DNA from: Lytechinus pictus
Taxonomy: Eukaryota
NCBI RefSeq assembly: GCF_037042905.1
Contig: NC_087251.1
Span: 3,040,001 to 3,104,000, forward strand
Direction: 5' to 3'
Length of the DNA: 64,000 nucleotides
A model generated the notes under the pieces. It saw only the letters and a list, made by a program, of their open reading frames with translations, made no database searches and was not told the DNA's origin. A program made the translations under genes and the position numbers. Below, in pieces: positions 27,601 through 39,251 of this stretch. Numbering within the stretch: the stretch's first letter is position 1; every line of letters starts with the position of its first letter.

Positions 27601-28998
27601 TCTCGACATTCAAATGCTCATAACTCTTTTATTGCTAGTCCTATTTTACTCAAAGTTTTGTTGATCTTATTCTTTGATTTTTCTGCTTTCACAAAAGCTA
27701 ACTTGCTCCAAGAGTTTCATTCTCCTTTAAGCAAGTCACTCTCAGAAGGGCAGATATTGTAATTCGCTATCGCCTTTTATAGGAGTCTGTTGCAAAAATA
27801 GTTAACAATAAATCGCAAATATAAAGTAAGAAATGTGTGCATCTTCTGGTTGAAAATCAAGTTGTTTAATTGCAACTCATTTTGATGACCCCCCCCCCGG
27901 TGTCCTGCCATATCAAACTTCAAAGTGGTGCTTGGCTGTCTGATAGTATCACTACATGTGATTATTGTGATATGAAATAATCTTGTGACTCTTGTCAGCC
28001 AACTCTACATGTCATACTTACTAGTGTGTTGTATGTTGTTCATTTAGATTATTGAGGTGAAAAAGTAGCGTCCACATACATGTATGTAGATATCTGATTT
28101 TCTTTACTGAATTACAAAATGCAGTTTTATTGATGTTAGATTCATGTACACTGTACCTGCAAATTTTAAGCAAATTCATCTTGTTTGGCTGATTCAAGGC
28201 CATGCTAACTACATTGGACTGCAAACTTTAAGATCACAATGTTACCATTTCATTTCCGTATTATCAAGTCACAAACATTTTCCACCTACCAATTTACATA
28301 CATAAAAAATGCCTTTACACATAATTTTTCTTGTTATTATTTGAAGTATGAGAAATGAAGATTTTAGGTGCAATACAAAGTGAATGAGTAAAACAAACTT
28401 TAATTATACTCACTCTGGAGATTTTTGATTCTGTTCTTTTCTCTTGTGTTCTCGATACTGGTGTTTCTACTACCTCTTTCTTCTCTGGCTTTCTTGCTGG
28501 ACTCCTAGACTTCTTCTGCTGTGTCCTGGAAGGGGATAATTTGCGAGCTGGTGACCGAGATCGTCTTCTGCCCGGTGACCTTGACCTGGAGCGTGACCTC
28601 GTTCTAAAGAAGGATTCCAACTGAAAAGAAAATTTATCAAACAAATAAATGTGTTATTGTTTATATCGAGACACTTTCAATTTTATCAATCTATATATGT
28701 AAGTGTAACCCTGAATATGAATTTTAAATTACAACAATCTTAGTATCTAGAATTGTATTTATAGACAAGATTGTTGACATGTACAAACTGATATGTCATT
28801 CCCTTGTTCACAAATTTAGTAAAATAATTTGGAGTATCTTACCTTGACATCAGTAGATGGGATTTCTTCTACTGTACCATCTTCATATTTGACTTCATAT
28901 CCATCATCATTTACATTCAGGATCTTAGATTTGAACCATAGATTGCTGCCTGGCCACTTGGCCATCACTGCATCACCAGCTGCAAATCTTCTGGGCAT
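15607..28998 (-). CDS. LBR: Lamin B receptor / delta(14)-sterol reductase (Tudor domain, RS-rich linker, ERG4/ERG24 membrane domain), 571 aa
   Basis: 12 phase-compatible GT-AG exons: 28843-28998 ([22 protein letters not shown], Tudor), 28414-28620 ([17 protein letters not shown]), 23496-23640 (...YEFGGPIG), 22339-22535, 21090-21144, 20132-20326, 19589-19692 ([11 protein letters not shown]...KFFCELRPG), 18989-19111, 18052-18220 ([30 protein letters not shown]), 17594-17674, 16465-16587 ([19 protein letters not shown]) and 15607-15767 (HRERRDD...KYG...YC...[12 protein letters not shown]). Total 1716 nt. Confidence 0.96.
16085..16433. mobile_element. Small unclassified MITE with ~58-bp TIRs in the last LBR intron
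   Basis: 16085-16142 is a near-perfect reverse complement of 16376-16433. A ttcttg direct repeat flanks both ends (16079-16084 and 16434-16439). Confidence 0.7.
16895..17445. mobile_element. Degenerate piggyBac-like MITE related to 26187-26986, in the opposite orientation
   Basis: ctgactttttactttcaagtctcgcacaacttttgagaccaaaattgcgac is the reverse complement of the equivalent segment at ~26835-26885. G/C-tract subterminal motifs (ttcagccccc). Confidence 0.6.
20814..21041. mobile_element. Palindromic PIF/Harbinger-like MITE
   Basis: ggggtgtttcacaaagatttaagtatgacttagagtcgcacttaaat is the reverse complement of 20994-21040. CAG flanks both sides. Confidence 0.8.
21291..22103 (-). mobile_element. 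Helentron/DINE-like non-autonomous element with an internal tgacctttgacc tandem array
   Basis: Subterminal inverted tctcacc/ggtgaga motifs near both ends, a short hairpin (gtctcac...gtgagac) at 22070-22098, ends in T-tracts on the minus strand, and ~150-bp internal repeats containing tgacct/catgtgacctgaaact. Confidence 0.6.
26187..26986. mobile_element. piggyBac-like non-autonomous element (TTAA target)
   Basis: TTAA-ccttatcttaactggg ... cccagtttaataaggg-TTAA, with internal gggggtcaaattgacccccc palindromes at both ends. Confidence 0.8.
27144..27726 (-). mobile_element. Kolobok-like TTAA MITE, family A, copy 1
   Basis: TTAA-aggagaatgaaac ... gtttcattctcct-TTAA, internally quasi-palindromic. 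Near-identical to 37943-38528 and 39252-39834 but in reverse orientation. Confidence 0.88.
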
Positions 28999-30327
28999 TG
29001 TGCTTGCTCACTCTAGTCCTAGACCAGTAAGGAAAAGAAATTTCAGGTGAAATGAATACAGTCTTATATTGTAAAATGAAGGAAGACGGAACTCTAGATA
29101 AGATGTAAATCTTAAATTAACTGTACATGTACAATTATGGACAATGTTTTTCTTTTTAAAAGGCAATTTCAAATAAAACTTTACTCTGGACCCTCTTTGA
29201 AGGCATAATAATTTACAAACTGGTTTTCATAAAGCACACACACACACACACACACAAAAATTAAATGATTTGTAGAACTGGAGTAAAACCAATATGAAGT
29301 GTATTTGTAAACTTCTGATGACTCATTTTTTAAGGAAAAAAAAACTTATGACTTGCTGCCTTGATAGAATCAGGTAATCCATTTGAATTAAAAATCATTT
29401 TCCCTTTAATCCTTAAAATGACACACATGAATCCTCCTCCATCAACCACACCCATGAGTAGAAGGTACATGTAGAGTAGATCTCTGCAATGACAGAGTAG
29501 CTAAGGAGATATGGCTGATATGAAACGGGGTAAGAAAAGAAATGGTACTGTAGTACATGCTGCATGGGAGAAAATGCCAGGGATACAGACAACTGACATG
29601 TCTCTAAAAAAATGTATTATAAAAAGCTAGAATATTAGGAAGTCAAGCACTCATGGCTGTACATGTAGCATGAGAATTAACCATAGGCAATAGGTACTTT
29701 TGATGCAAATTGCAGGCTAAAAGTTAAATCAACCCATCTTTAAAATCTTATTTTTAGGGACAACTGCATTCTTCTGAGCTGCCTCCCCCCAAAAAAAAAT
29801 GGTAGACCAAAAGCTTCAGTCTTTATTTCTTTGGTTGTTGTGCTTGACTGTACAGTATGTCTTACTTCACTGCACATCCTCCATAGACTGAGGTCATTCT
29901 TCCACTCTATACGGGGAACCTACATTTATACATGTACCCTAAAATTAATAATCGATTTAAAACATAATTTTGCATCAAAATATATATGTCAACTTTAAAA
30001 TAGGTTTTTGAAATCATCACAACCTAGTAATCAAAACCACATCAGCTCAACATTAATCCTAAGAACACTGTTTTTATAGGAATAATACAGGTATGGGGAT
30101 GAAAAAAGATTCCGCACATTGTGTGCATGAAAATGGCTAGCCATCTTTGCAGGAGAACCCACACCCCCCCCCAAAAAAAAAAAAAGAGAAAATAATAAAA
30201 AAATATTATAATAATTACTAATAAATAAAAAAATGAAACCAAATTTACAAAGAGAATATAAAATGAAACTAAATAAATACAAACATGTTTAACAAATTAT
30301 CCTCTAGTAATGTTCAGACAAATTTAA

Positions 30328-30910
30328 AGGACAAGTCCACCCCAACAAAAAGTTCATTTGAATAAAAAGAGAAAAATCCAACAAGCATAACACTGAAAAA
30401 ACTTCATCGAAATCGGATCTAAAATAAGAAAGTTAGTTCACAAAACAGTTATATGCACATCCTGGTCTGTATGCAAATGAGGAGACTGATGACATCATCA
30501 TCCACTCACTATTTCTTTTGTATTTTATTATATGAAATATTCTAATTTTCTCCTCTTTGTCAAGTGAAACAACGATTAATTCCTCCATGAACATGTGGAA
30601 TTAGCATCATTTAATAGTACTACATGGTTCAGTCAAGTTGGTCCTTATTGTAAAATCTGTAAAAAAAATGATATACTGTATATTTCAAACAATAGAAAAC
30701 AAAAGAAATAGTGAGAGGGGGACATCATCGACTGTCTCATCTGCATGTCACTGAGATGTGCATATCACTGTTTTGTGAAAAATAAACGAAAATTTAAAAT
30801 GTCATAACTTTCTTATTTTACATCCGATTTTGATGAAATTTTCAGCATTATGCTAGTTTGATTTTTGTTTATTTATTCAAATCAACATTTATCTGGGGTG
30901 GACTTGACTT
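30328..30910. mobile_element. Kolobok-like TTAA MITE, family B, copy 1
   Basis: TTAA-aggacaagtccacccc ... ggggtggacttgactt-TTAA, with long imperfect inverted arms. Confidence 0.85.
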
Positions 30911-32064
30911 TTAAATTGTGTAGTATTCAAGAACATTTGTTCAACAACCATTCTATAAAATAACCACTAAAAAGAAATGTTCCTAACCAGCATGAATGGT
31001 TAATTAGTAGCTTGATGTACATTCCACTCCTTGATTACAATAGCTGCTTTATTTATTGTGCTTAGGCCTTAGCACTAGATTATACTTTATCAAATACTTT
31101 TTGAAAAGCTGATTTGATAAGATGGCAAATTACTGATAAAACAGTATGAAGCAATGGCAATGTGAATATTTGTCTTCAAGGGTATTAAGATAGTAGGGGA
31201 GATTGGGGTTAGTTGGAATGCGGGTTAAGTTGAAACATTGTAATTTTCTTTTAACGCCTGTAAAATAAATTTACACAATACTTCCCTCAATTTATTGCTA
31301 TTAATAATACAACACAATTTACCGGGCTATGAAGAGAAGTGCATACATGTTCATTGCACAAAGTCATGGCACCTTTACATGTATTTTCTAAGATTTAAAG
31401 TTAGGATTGGATCTAACTATCAGTCCTGCTAATACATTATCAGCATAGTCCTATACATTCTACAGTTGTGTGGTAAGGTAGTCTGCGCAGTGCCCCATGT
31501 CCGCACACATGCGTATCTGCGCGATTCTATTACAAGATACGCGACGCACGGCAACCACATACTTTACACCTGCAATACATAGAAAGATATTTAAATAAGA
31601 ATCCAACTCACATTGGTGGAAAAAATAATGAATTTTGAGCATTTCATGCGACGACCTCAAAATGCAGCCTTTCTCATCAAGATCCCTGAATCGTGTGTAG
31701 ATCTAAAGTGAATAGGTGCGCAGACATGGGGCACCATCTTTTTTGTTCAATCTGAAAAATACAATTTATGATATTTATCGTCCTATGCAAGTATTTTACG
31801 ATTCATGATATATATCGGCCGATGCAAGTATTTTTAAAAATCTACATGTAGGTTGGCACTGCTCATCATTTTGCCGCCCTCTATAGACGCGTTGCTAGGA
31901 TGCAATCACAAAGACAAGATGGTGACAATAACATCTGTAAGTAAAACGCTCCTCTACTTTTAATATTTTAACGTATTTAAGCTTTATTGTAACATAAAAA
32001 CAAACTAGTGTAGGCCTAGACTAGAAGTTGCAACCTATTATTGTAGCCCATTTATGGTTGGAAC

Positions 32065-32680
32065 TACCCCTTATCGACCACCTAATCTTCTAAGCATCAT
32101 ATCTGCGAAAATATTCATCAATTTTACCCAGTTTTTGTCTCATTTGTGCAGAAAATTGAGCAGGTCAGATTCCCATGTTTCGCTCGGCGACTCCGATTCA
32201 ATCCGCGTATATATCGACGAACAACGAATGTGACGATTTTCCATTTGCTCATTTGCACCCGTCTTTTGAAACCGACCACCCGCGATACACTAAGTTTACG
32301 GCCGATTCTTGTCGCGGTGGCGAAATATTTTTACTCTTTCAAATCAGTTGTATGACGTCAACATGCTAAATGATCGCCTCACTACTTCCACTGCGAGCTC
32401 CGGCGCATGATTCGACGATTGACGACGGATATTTGTTCTAAAGCCGTTTCCTATCGGATTTCTTGGTTTTTCAGCGGGGTTTGGGTTTGGGTTTGGTCAA
32501 TACAATTTTGATTAATTCTACTAAATTTTTACTTTTTGTTGCTTCTTTTTTTCTCGTAAAATCGATTCTTACCGTTTCTATGGACACTGCGCCTGCTCTC
32601 CCGCGCGTATCGTTTGTAATACGCAATAATTTTAACGCGCGCAAGGTGGTCGGTTTCAAAAGAGGTGGTCGATATGTGGA
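32065..32680. mobile_element. Decayed DNA-transposon remnant with inverted motifs
   Basis: tatcgaccacc and cttttgaaaccgaccacc (32070-32280) are reverse complements of ggtggtcggtttcaaaagaggtggtcgata (32646-32675). CpG-rich relative to the flanks. Confidence 0.4.
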
Positions 32681-32889
32681 AGTCTCACCATACATAAGTT
32701 TGGGCTCTAAACCCTACACAAAACGAGTATTTTGGAGCAACATTGTTGTCTCCAAAATACTTGGTTTGTGTGGGCCAATGCAATTGTCCCAGGCTCCATG
32801 GTCATGGAGAGTAAGCCTACATGTACGCATCTGAACCTACTATTAGTAGACTGATTTTTACTCTCCAGGAGCCTCCAGGCTAAGTCAGT

Positions 32890-33545
32890 AAGTGGGAGTT
32901 GCACGGCAGCCGACAGGCCAAAGAATGTCACTGTTTTTTTTCCTTCTATTGTTAGATTTGTCTATTTTTTCCCGTTTTGGTGCATTACAGGCCAAAAACG
33001 GATAGATAATCTTGATTTTGGTCCATTTTTTTTAAAATATGAAATAAAGACAAAAATTGATGAGCCCCGTCGGTGGGATTTTGCATTGTAACCCCCCTAT
33101 TAAATGCGCGGGGAAATCAAAAAATTTAAAAATGTTTAACTTTGTTACTGATCTAACGTTAGGCCTAAAAGTTAGTAATAGTATACTCAACCGTCAAAGA
33201 CTAACAACGACAACAGACGGCCTGCCATGGGCATGGGCCATGGTAGACAGCTGGCAGCCGTCTGTTTCGAGGAGTTTTTAAACATTTTTTATTTTTTAAA
33301 TTTCTCCTCATACACAGACGGCTCGCTATCGTGCAGCCATGCACCATTAGGGGACTTACAATGCAAAATCCCCCCGTCAGGGCTCTTCAATTTTTGTCTT
33401 TAATGAATCAAACTTTTGAAAATTAACGCGACCGAAATGCAAATTAATATTCCCTCTTAGCATTAAATGCCCAAAAACGGGGAAAATCAAGTTAAAAGGA
33501 ACAAAAACAGTGACTTACCTCGGCTGTCGCGCAACTTCACTGCCC
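32890..33545. mobile_element. Diverged fold-back element
   Basis: aaagacaaaaattgatgagccccgtcggtgggattttgcattgtaacccccct (33046-33098) is inverted at 33349-33401. gagttgcacggcagccga...gtcactgttttt is inverted at ~33503-33540. Confidence 0.65.
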
Positions 33546-34677
33546 TGTTTTATCTGAACTTAATACACATAAACATATGGCCATTGAGTCCCCTGTACAG
33601 ATCGCGCTAGAACTTCGGTCTCTGTATTTGGTGAGTGAAGCCAACGGAGTTCAGCTGAACAACCAACATAACATTAACACTAATTAACAGAGACCGAAGC
33701 TTTTTGCCTTGGTCTAGGGCCATGGCTGCAGTGCTAAACTTACATGAACTTTTTTTTTTTTATTATTATAGATTTTATTGCTTCAAAATCAAATCACAAT
33801 ATACATAAATAATAGCAGCAATATAATAAATCATATACATAAGTAAAAAAAGTGTTACAATTCAGCAAAAATATCTTGATACTTGTTTAATGAATTCCAT
33901 TTATCAAAGTGAACTGAAAGTTTGCCTTGTTTTACTGCGATTGCTCGCTCTACTTTTTCTGAAAAAATAATTTCATTTTTAAAGTGTTTGAAGATTAACA
34001 TTTTCTCATTGTATTTTTGTTTATAAATAAAGAATTTTGCATAAAATATAATGGTATTAATAAGACTATTTTTAATTTTGATTCCAAAACAAATATCCAA
34101 AACTGAAAAAGGCAAAGTAAGAATGTTTAAACTGACTAACCATTTGTACACTTCATTCCAAAATAATTCAACAACTGGACAACAAAAAAAGAGGTGCATA
34201 AGATCTTGAGTTTCGTATTTACAAAAATTACATCTAGGGGAACTTTTTACCCCAATGCGAAACAAAAAATAATTGGTTGCTATACGTCTGTGAATAAACT
34301 TAAATTGAAATGAACGTATCTTGGTATCCAAGGTCGCCCTACATAATATTTTTAAACGGTCTTGCCACTGAATTAGTGTTTTTAAACTTAGAATAGATTA
34401 AAAGTTAAAAGGAACAAAAACAGTGACTTACCTCGGCTGTCGCGCAACTTCACTGCCCTGTTTTATCTGACCTTAATACACATAAACATATGGCCATTGA
34501 GTCCCCTGTACAGATCGCGCTAGAACTTCGGTCTCTGTATTTGGTGAGTGAAGCCAACGGAGTTCAGCTGAACAACCAACAAAAATTACAAAGTCATTAA
34601 CACTAATTTAATTAACAGAGACTGAAGCTTTTTGCCTTGGTCTAGGGCCAAGGCTGCAGTGCTAAACTTACATGAAC
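33489..34677. repeat. ~260-bp direct duplication flanking the L1/Tx1 fragment (33489-33749 and 34402-34677)
   Basis: aagttaaaaggaacaaaaacagtgacttacctcggctgtc ... gctaaacttacatgaac is present twice, with a few substitutions and small indels. Confidence 0.92.
33750..34401 (-). mobile_element. 5'-truncated L1/Tx1-clade LINE (ORF2 C-terminus with CCHC zinc knuckle, 3' UTR, poly(A))
   Basis: ORF 33855-34331 reads DTKIRSFQFKFIHRRIATN...CNFCKYETQDLMHLFFCCPVVELFW...KW. Minus-strand AATAAA at ~33774-33779 and a poly(A) tail (T-run at 33750-33761). Confidence 0.9.
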
Positions 34678-35039
34678 TTAGTCTTAGATCTAGGCCTACT
34701 CTAAGAATACAAGGAATATTATCAACAATTTTTTGTGAAAAAAAAATCATGATTAATAATTGTTAGGTGCGCAGACATGCCCCCCCCCCCCCCCCCCTTC
34801 ATGGAGACTACGGTACCGCGGAGCGAATGCCGTCGGCCAGCTGCGGGCACGGCGCAGAGAGCAATTCGGCAAAAAGAGTCTCCCGTCAACAAAGTTCAAC
34901 AAACTGTCCGTTTACAAGTGGGAAAATATGCGATATCAGCAGCTCACTCCTTTATCAAACTCGTTTCCATAAAGACGTTGTAAACTGACAATTCGGTTAT
35001 TCTTTATGAATTATATGTACAAAATTGATTAATGCTTAC

Positions 35040-35270
35040 CCACTGTGTTGTAAAAAATAGGGGAAATAGTTGACAGATCCGATTGACGGTTCCGTAGTAA
35101 GAATCATTCAAATAGTCCACAAAGCAACACAGGCGTAACGGTCACAGAGGGACGCGAAGCGGGAAGCTCATTGATTGGTTTATTCAAATTAGATAGGACA
35201 GGCCAGACCATTGTTCATCTACGATTGGTTGAAATGATTTATTTATCATTGATATTTCCCACGCCCACAA
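35040..35270 (-). promoter_or_regulatory. Probable LBR non-coding first exon and promoter (two CCAAT boxes, E2F-like site, CHR-like TTTGAA)
   Basis: Minus-strand donor G|GTAAGC at 35040/35039 can splice to the acceptor at 29018. Minus-strand CCAAT at 35174-35178 and 35224-35228, TTCCCGC at 35159-35165, TTTGAA at 35107-35112 and 35183-35188. Locally CpG-rich. Confidence 0.6.
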
Positions 35271-36379
35271 AATGACGACGACCTAGTTTTACCAGCTGAT
35301 TACTATACTGCTCGATGTGGGAGCTTGTAGAAAATTAAAGGGGTAGAAAACTCCCTGATCGAACCAAAATTATGATCGAAGCAAGTCTGATATGTCTGCT
35401 CCTGGATGCTTGTAACCTCATTTCGGAGCATGGACCCACTAAGTTAATAGTCTAATATCTAATGTCGGATGAGGGTCGGGGTTGATCAATGAACTAAAAT
35501 GTTAAAAAAAAAAAAAGTCAAATTGTTAGTATTGAAAAAAAAAATGAAAATCTACTTTCAGATAGATTTTAATACAATATTTCATGATCAACCTTTCCTT
35601 TCTTCCTTTCTCCTTATCTTTTTTTTCTTGTTAATGTGTTAATGGAACATTTTTTCGGGGGGGGGGGGGGTGGGGTTACGGTGCCCCATCAATTCTATAG
35701 GCATACAATGGCCTACAGACGACACCAACACAACAAGCATTACCTAAATAGCACTGAAAATGTTGCCCCCAAAAAACAAACAAACAAACAAGCAAACATA
35801 AAAATGAGGGTCATGCACTATTAAATCGGGGTCGATATTCGTAAACCTGAAGAAGGGTGCTATTCGATAGGGTCACCAATCTTGCACGATGACAACTAAG
35901 ATGGTTGCCATAGTAAAATGGGAAAAAAAAGTGATAGACAAAGGCTCACTATTTTTTTTTTCATAATTGGCAAACGGTTAAGAGGGTTGCCAGTCATAAG
36001 CATATCAGCTAGGGGGGGGTTTACAGGTGTTTAAACCCCTTCCATTTTTTGATACCTGCACCCCCTAAGAATTCAACCCCCCCTTAAATTTTATTGATGG
36101 CCTTTTTTTTGCTTGTAAATTATTTGGAGGTACGAAACGACGTAACACTTTTTGGTGAAGACCTTTTTTTTCCTACGATTAATTTTATTACAATGTACAA
36201 TCAATCATGAAAATCAGGGAAAGTTTAAAATGTGAAAGTGGTAATTTTTGTTCTGTTATATTTTACCCGGTTGCTTAAAAAGCGTAGTTGCTTGTAAGCC
36301 AGCAAACATAAAATTTTCATTTTATGTGTCCGATTTGGGTGATTCCTGCAGGGGACAAACAAGAGAAGGTATCTCAAAT

Positions 36380-37200
36380 TAAATAATGCGAGCGCGAGAA
36401 GTACGAGGGGGTAGATATGGCGTATCGGGCAAAATTTATGGAACATGTGAGAGAGAGAAGCAAGCAAACAAATTACAAATCTCCAATCTATTGATAGATT
36501 TTGACATAATATTGAGAAAATATTGTTTTTTGGTGGTGATTTTTTTTTATTTGGGGGCGAGCGCCCCAAATCCCCAACCTGTACACGACTGATTTAGTCC
36601 TCAACATTTAACATTCTGACCAGCTTTTGATATCATACTAACGAAATTCAAATCTAACAGAACAATTCATGCAAGAATTCAAGAATTTTTATATTCCGAC
36701 CAGAAAACTTGAAATTTTATAAGCACGTTTATTAACAAAGAAAAAGATGTATCTCAATAAAGAATTAAATTAATGCAAGCTCACAGCGCGAGCTGAAGTT
36801 TTGATATACTAACCCGAAAGGGAATTAAGAACAATTTTGAAGAGGATTTGGACACATAAATTATGTATGACATATGGTATTGACATCTCTATAGACACTC
36901 AATAGACGACACGAGCGCGAAGAGCAAGTTTAGTTTTCGCGATTTATTCCTAAACACGGCACATTATATAGCACCTTTTATAATCATGGTCAGGATGTAT
37001 CTTTAATCAAACAACCAATGCGATTGCAAAGCGCGAGCTGAACAAAATTTTGACCCGAACAGGGAACATTTAAAGGACTGTTCATGGAGATGATAAAATC
37101 TCAATAATGCGAGCGTTTCTAGCACTTTTTGTAATCATGTATGGGTACGGAGCGTAACTCGCTAAAAGAGAATAATGAAAATTCGAATCGCAAGCTGAAA
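36380..37200 (+). repeat. Degenerate ~100-130-bp repeats carrying a gcgagcgcgaagcgcgagctg core (transposon-internal)
   Basis: Core variants at ~36388, 36775, 36912, 37020, 37108 and 37185. The same family occurs at 38850-39060 (inverted), 55120-55250 and 57420-58640. Confidence 0.6.
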
Positions 37201-37942
37201 AAAGGTGCATAACAATTCTATATTCTAAGCCCCATTATTTTTATAAAATGACCTGAAAAATTCGTTTTGTTTTCACTTATTCCCCTTCCGTTTTGTCATT
37301 CTCTTTCCTTCCCCCTTTCATCTTCTTATCTGTTCTTCTTCTTTTTTTTACTCCCCTCCTATTTTTGTTTTGTGCTGCCAACTGACAGGGCCTGCATGTA
37401 TTTCCCAAATATATATAGACAAAGGTTGATTGACGACTTTTTTGCGTTATGTAAAGCAATTAATGCTTATGAATAAGGAATTTTATGAATGATGAGCCCC
37501 ATTTTCTATTATGACTAGCGGTCCTTATGACGAGCACTATACCCGCTCTTGTCAAGATTCTGATTTTGACGAGTTGGGGTCACCCGCTACAGTGGCGTAC
37601 TGATGTAGGGAGGGGCAAGGGGGGCACGTGCCGGCCCCGGGTGCCACTTTTAGGGGGCGCAATAAAGGGAAATGGGCGCAAATAAATAATAAAAAAAAAA
37701 GGAGAACAAAAATGAGCTTAAAATAAATGGTCAACTTTTTTTCTGTATACAGAAAAGTCAAACTTAAGGAATAAAGTCGCAGAAAAGGAAGACCACTGAA
37801 GGTGACACAGTCCTATGCTATTACCATGCATGGTAATTCAGTTTTGAACCCATGTTGGAAACGAATCTTGCATGTTTTTACCCAAGGATGAATACACCAT
37901 ATCCGTGTCAAATTTTGATCTTGATATGTTACTCTTCATTAA

Positions 37943-38528
37943 AGGAGAATGAAACTCTTGGAGCAAGTTAGCTTTTGTGAAAGCAGAAAAATCAAAGAAT
38001 AAGATCAACAAAAGTTTGAGTAAAATAGGACTTGCAATAGAAGAGTTATGAGCATTTGAATGTCGAGATCACTAATGCTATGGAGATCCTCCCATTGGCA
38101 ATGCTATCAAGATCTATGATGTCACAGATGAACAACTCTCCCCTTTTGGACACTGAAAATATACCCCAAAACATCTCTTTTTGCTCATTCTAATGATGTG
38201 ACAAACGATTCATCAATGATATAATGTTGTGAAACCTCTGTACTTGTCCTCTCATAAAGAGAACACCTCACATTGTGATAGACTCTATAAAAATGAGAAT
38301 ATAAGTGAAATAAGTACTAAAGTAATGAGGGAGTTGTACGTGTGTGACATCGCAGATCTTGGTCGCATTGCCAATGGGAGGATCTACATGGCATTAGTGA
38401 TCTCAATATTCAAATGCTCATAACTTTCTTATTATTCATTCAATCTTCCCCAAACTTTCAACAATATATGTTTCTTAGATTTTTCTCCTTGATATGGATT
38501 CAGCTGGTTTTAAGGGTTTCATTCTCCT
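37943..38528 (+). mobile_element. Kolobok-like TTAA MITE, family A, copy 2
   Basis: TTAA-aggagaatgaaactcttgg ... gtttcattctcct-TTAA. Confidence 0.88.
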
Positions 38529-39251
38529 TTAATTCTTACAAACAGTTTTTCTTGTTTAATTAACAAAGACTTATAATCACGCCCTGATTTGATAAGGTAT
38601 ATAGATACAAACTCTCTTCATTAATTGTTTACAAACAATCGTCTCTTTTTAGGAGAGGATATAGCAACAAAATCAGCTCATTACACCGATGAGATACGTA
38701 TAGGGAGTTCGTGAATTCATAAGAATACTCCTTAAAATTGTCCCCTTTCAGGTAAGTATTTTTTTAGCTCATTGCTCGTGCCTGCATTAATTGCTTAGTT
38801 ATACATCCACATCGTAGGATTACTTCTCCCGAATGTCCCGAATTCAGGTTCGGCTCGCGCTTCGCGCTCGCATTAATTGTTTAGAATATTCAGTCTTAAG
38901 ATCTTAATGTTGAATTAAAAAACAGGTTAGCGCTTCGCCCTCGTATAAGGTCGATTTATTTAATGAGATCCCTGATTCCCTGTCATAATTTATCTATGAT
39001 AAATGTTCATTTTTCAGGTCAGAAGATCAATAATTTTCAGCTCACGCTTCTTCCTTGCATTCATTGTTAAGTTAGATACGAATCACATTACAAAAAACCC
39101 AACAAAGAATATTCTGTCTTAACGTCTATTGAAAAATGTTTGCACTAGCATTGATATATAATGTATCCCGATATGTATATCATAAAATACACTTTGAAAA
39201 GGGCGCGATCTTAGCACTTGCCGTTTGTCCGAGATACGCAACTGTCCTTAA

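Noticed and set aside
38229..38423. Recurrent 64-aa [16 protein letters not shown]... (three copies) as a small gene family
   Set aside because: It lies inside the family-A MITE copies, starts at a non-ATG codon and has no recognisable domain.
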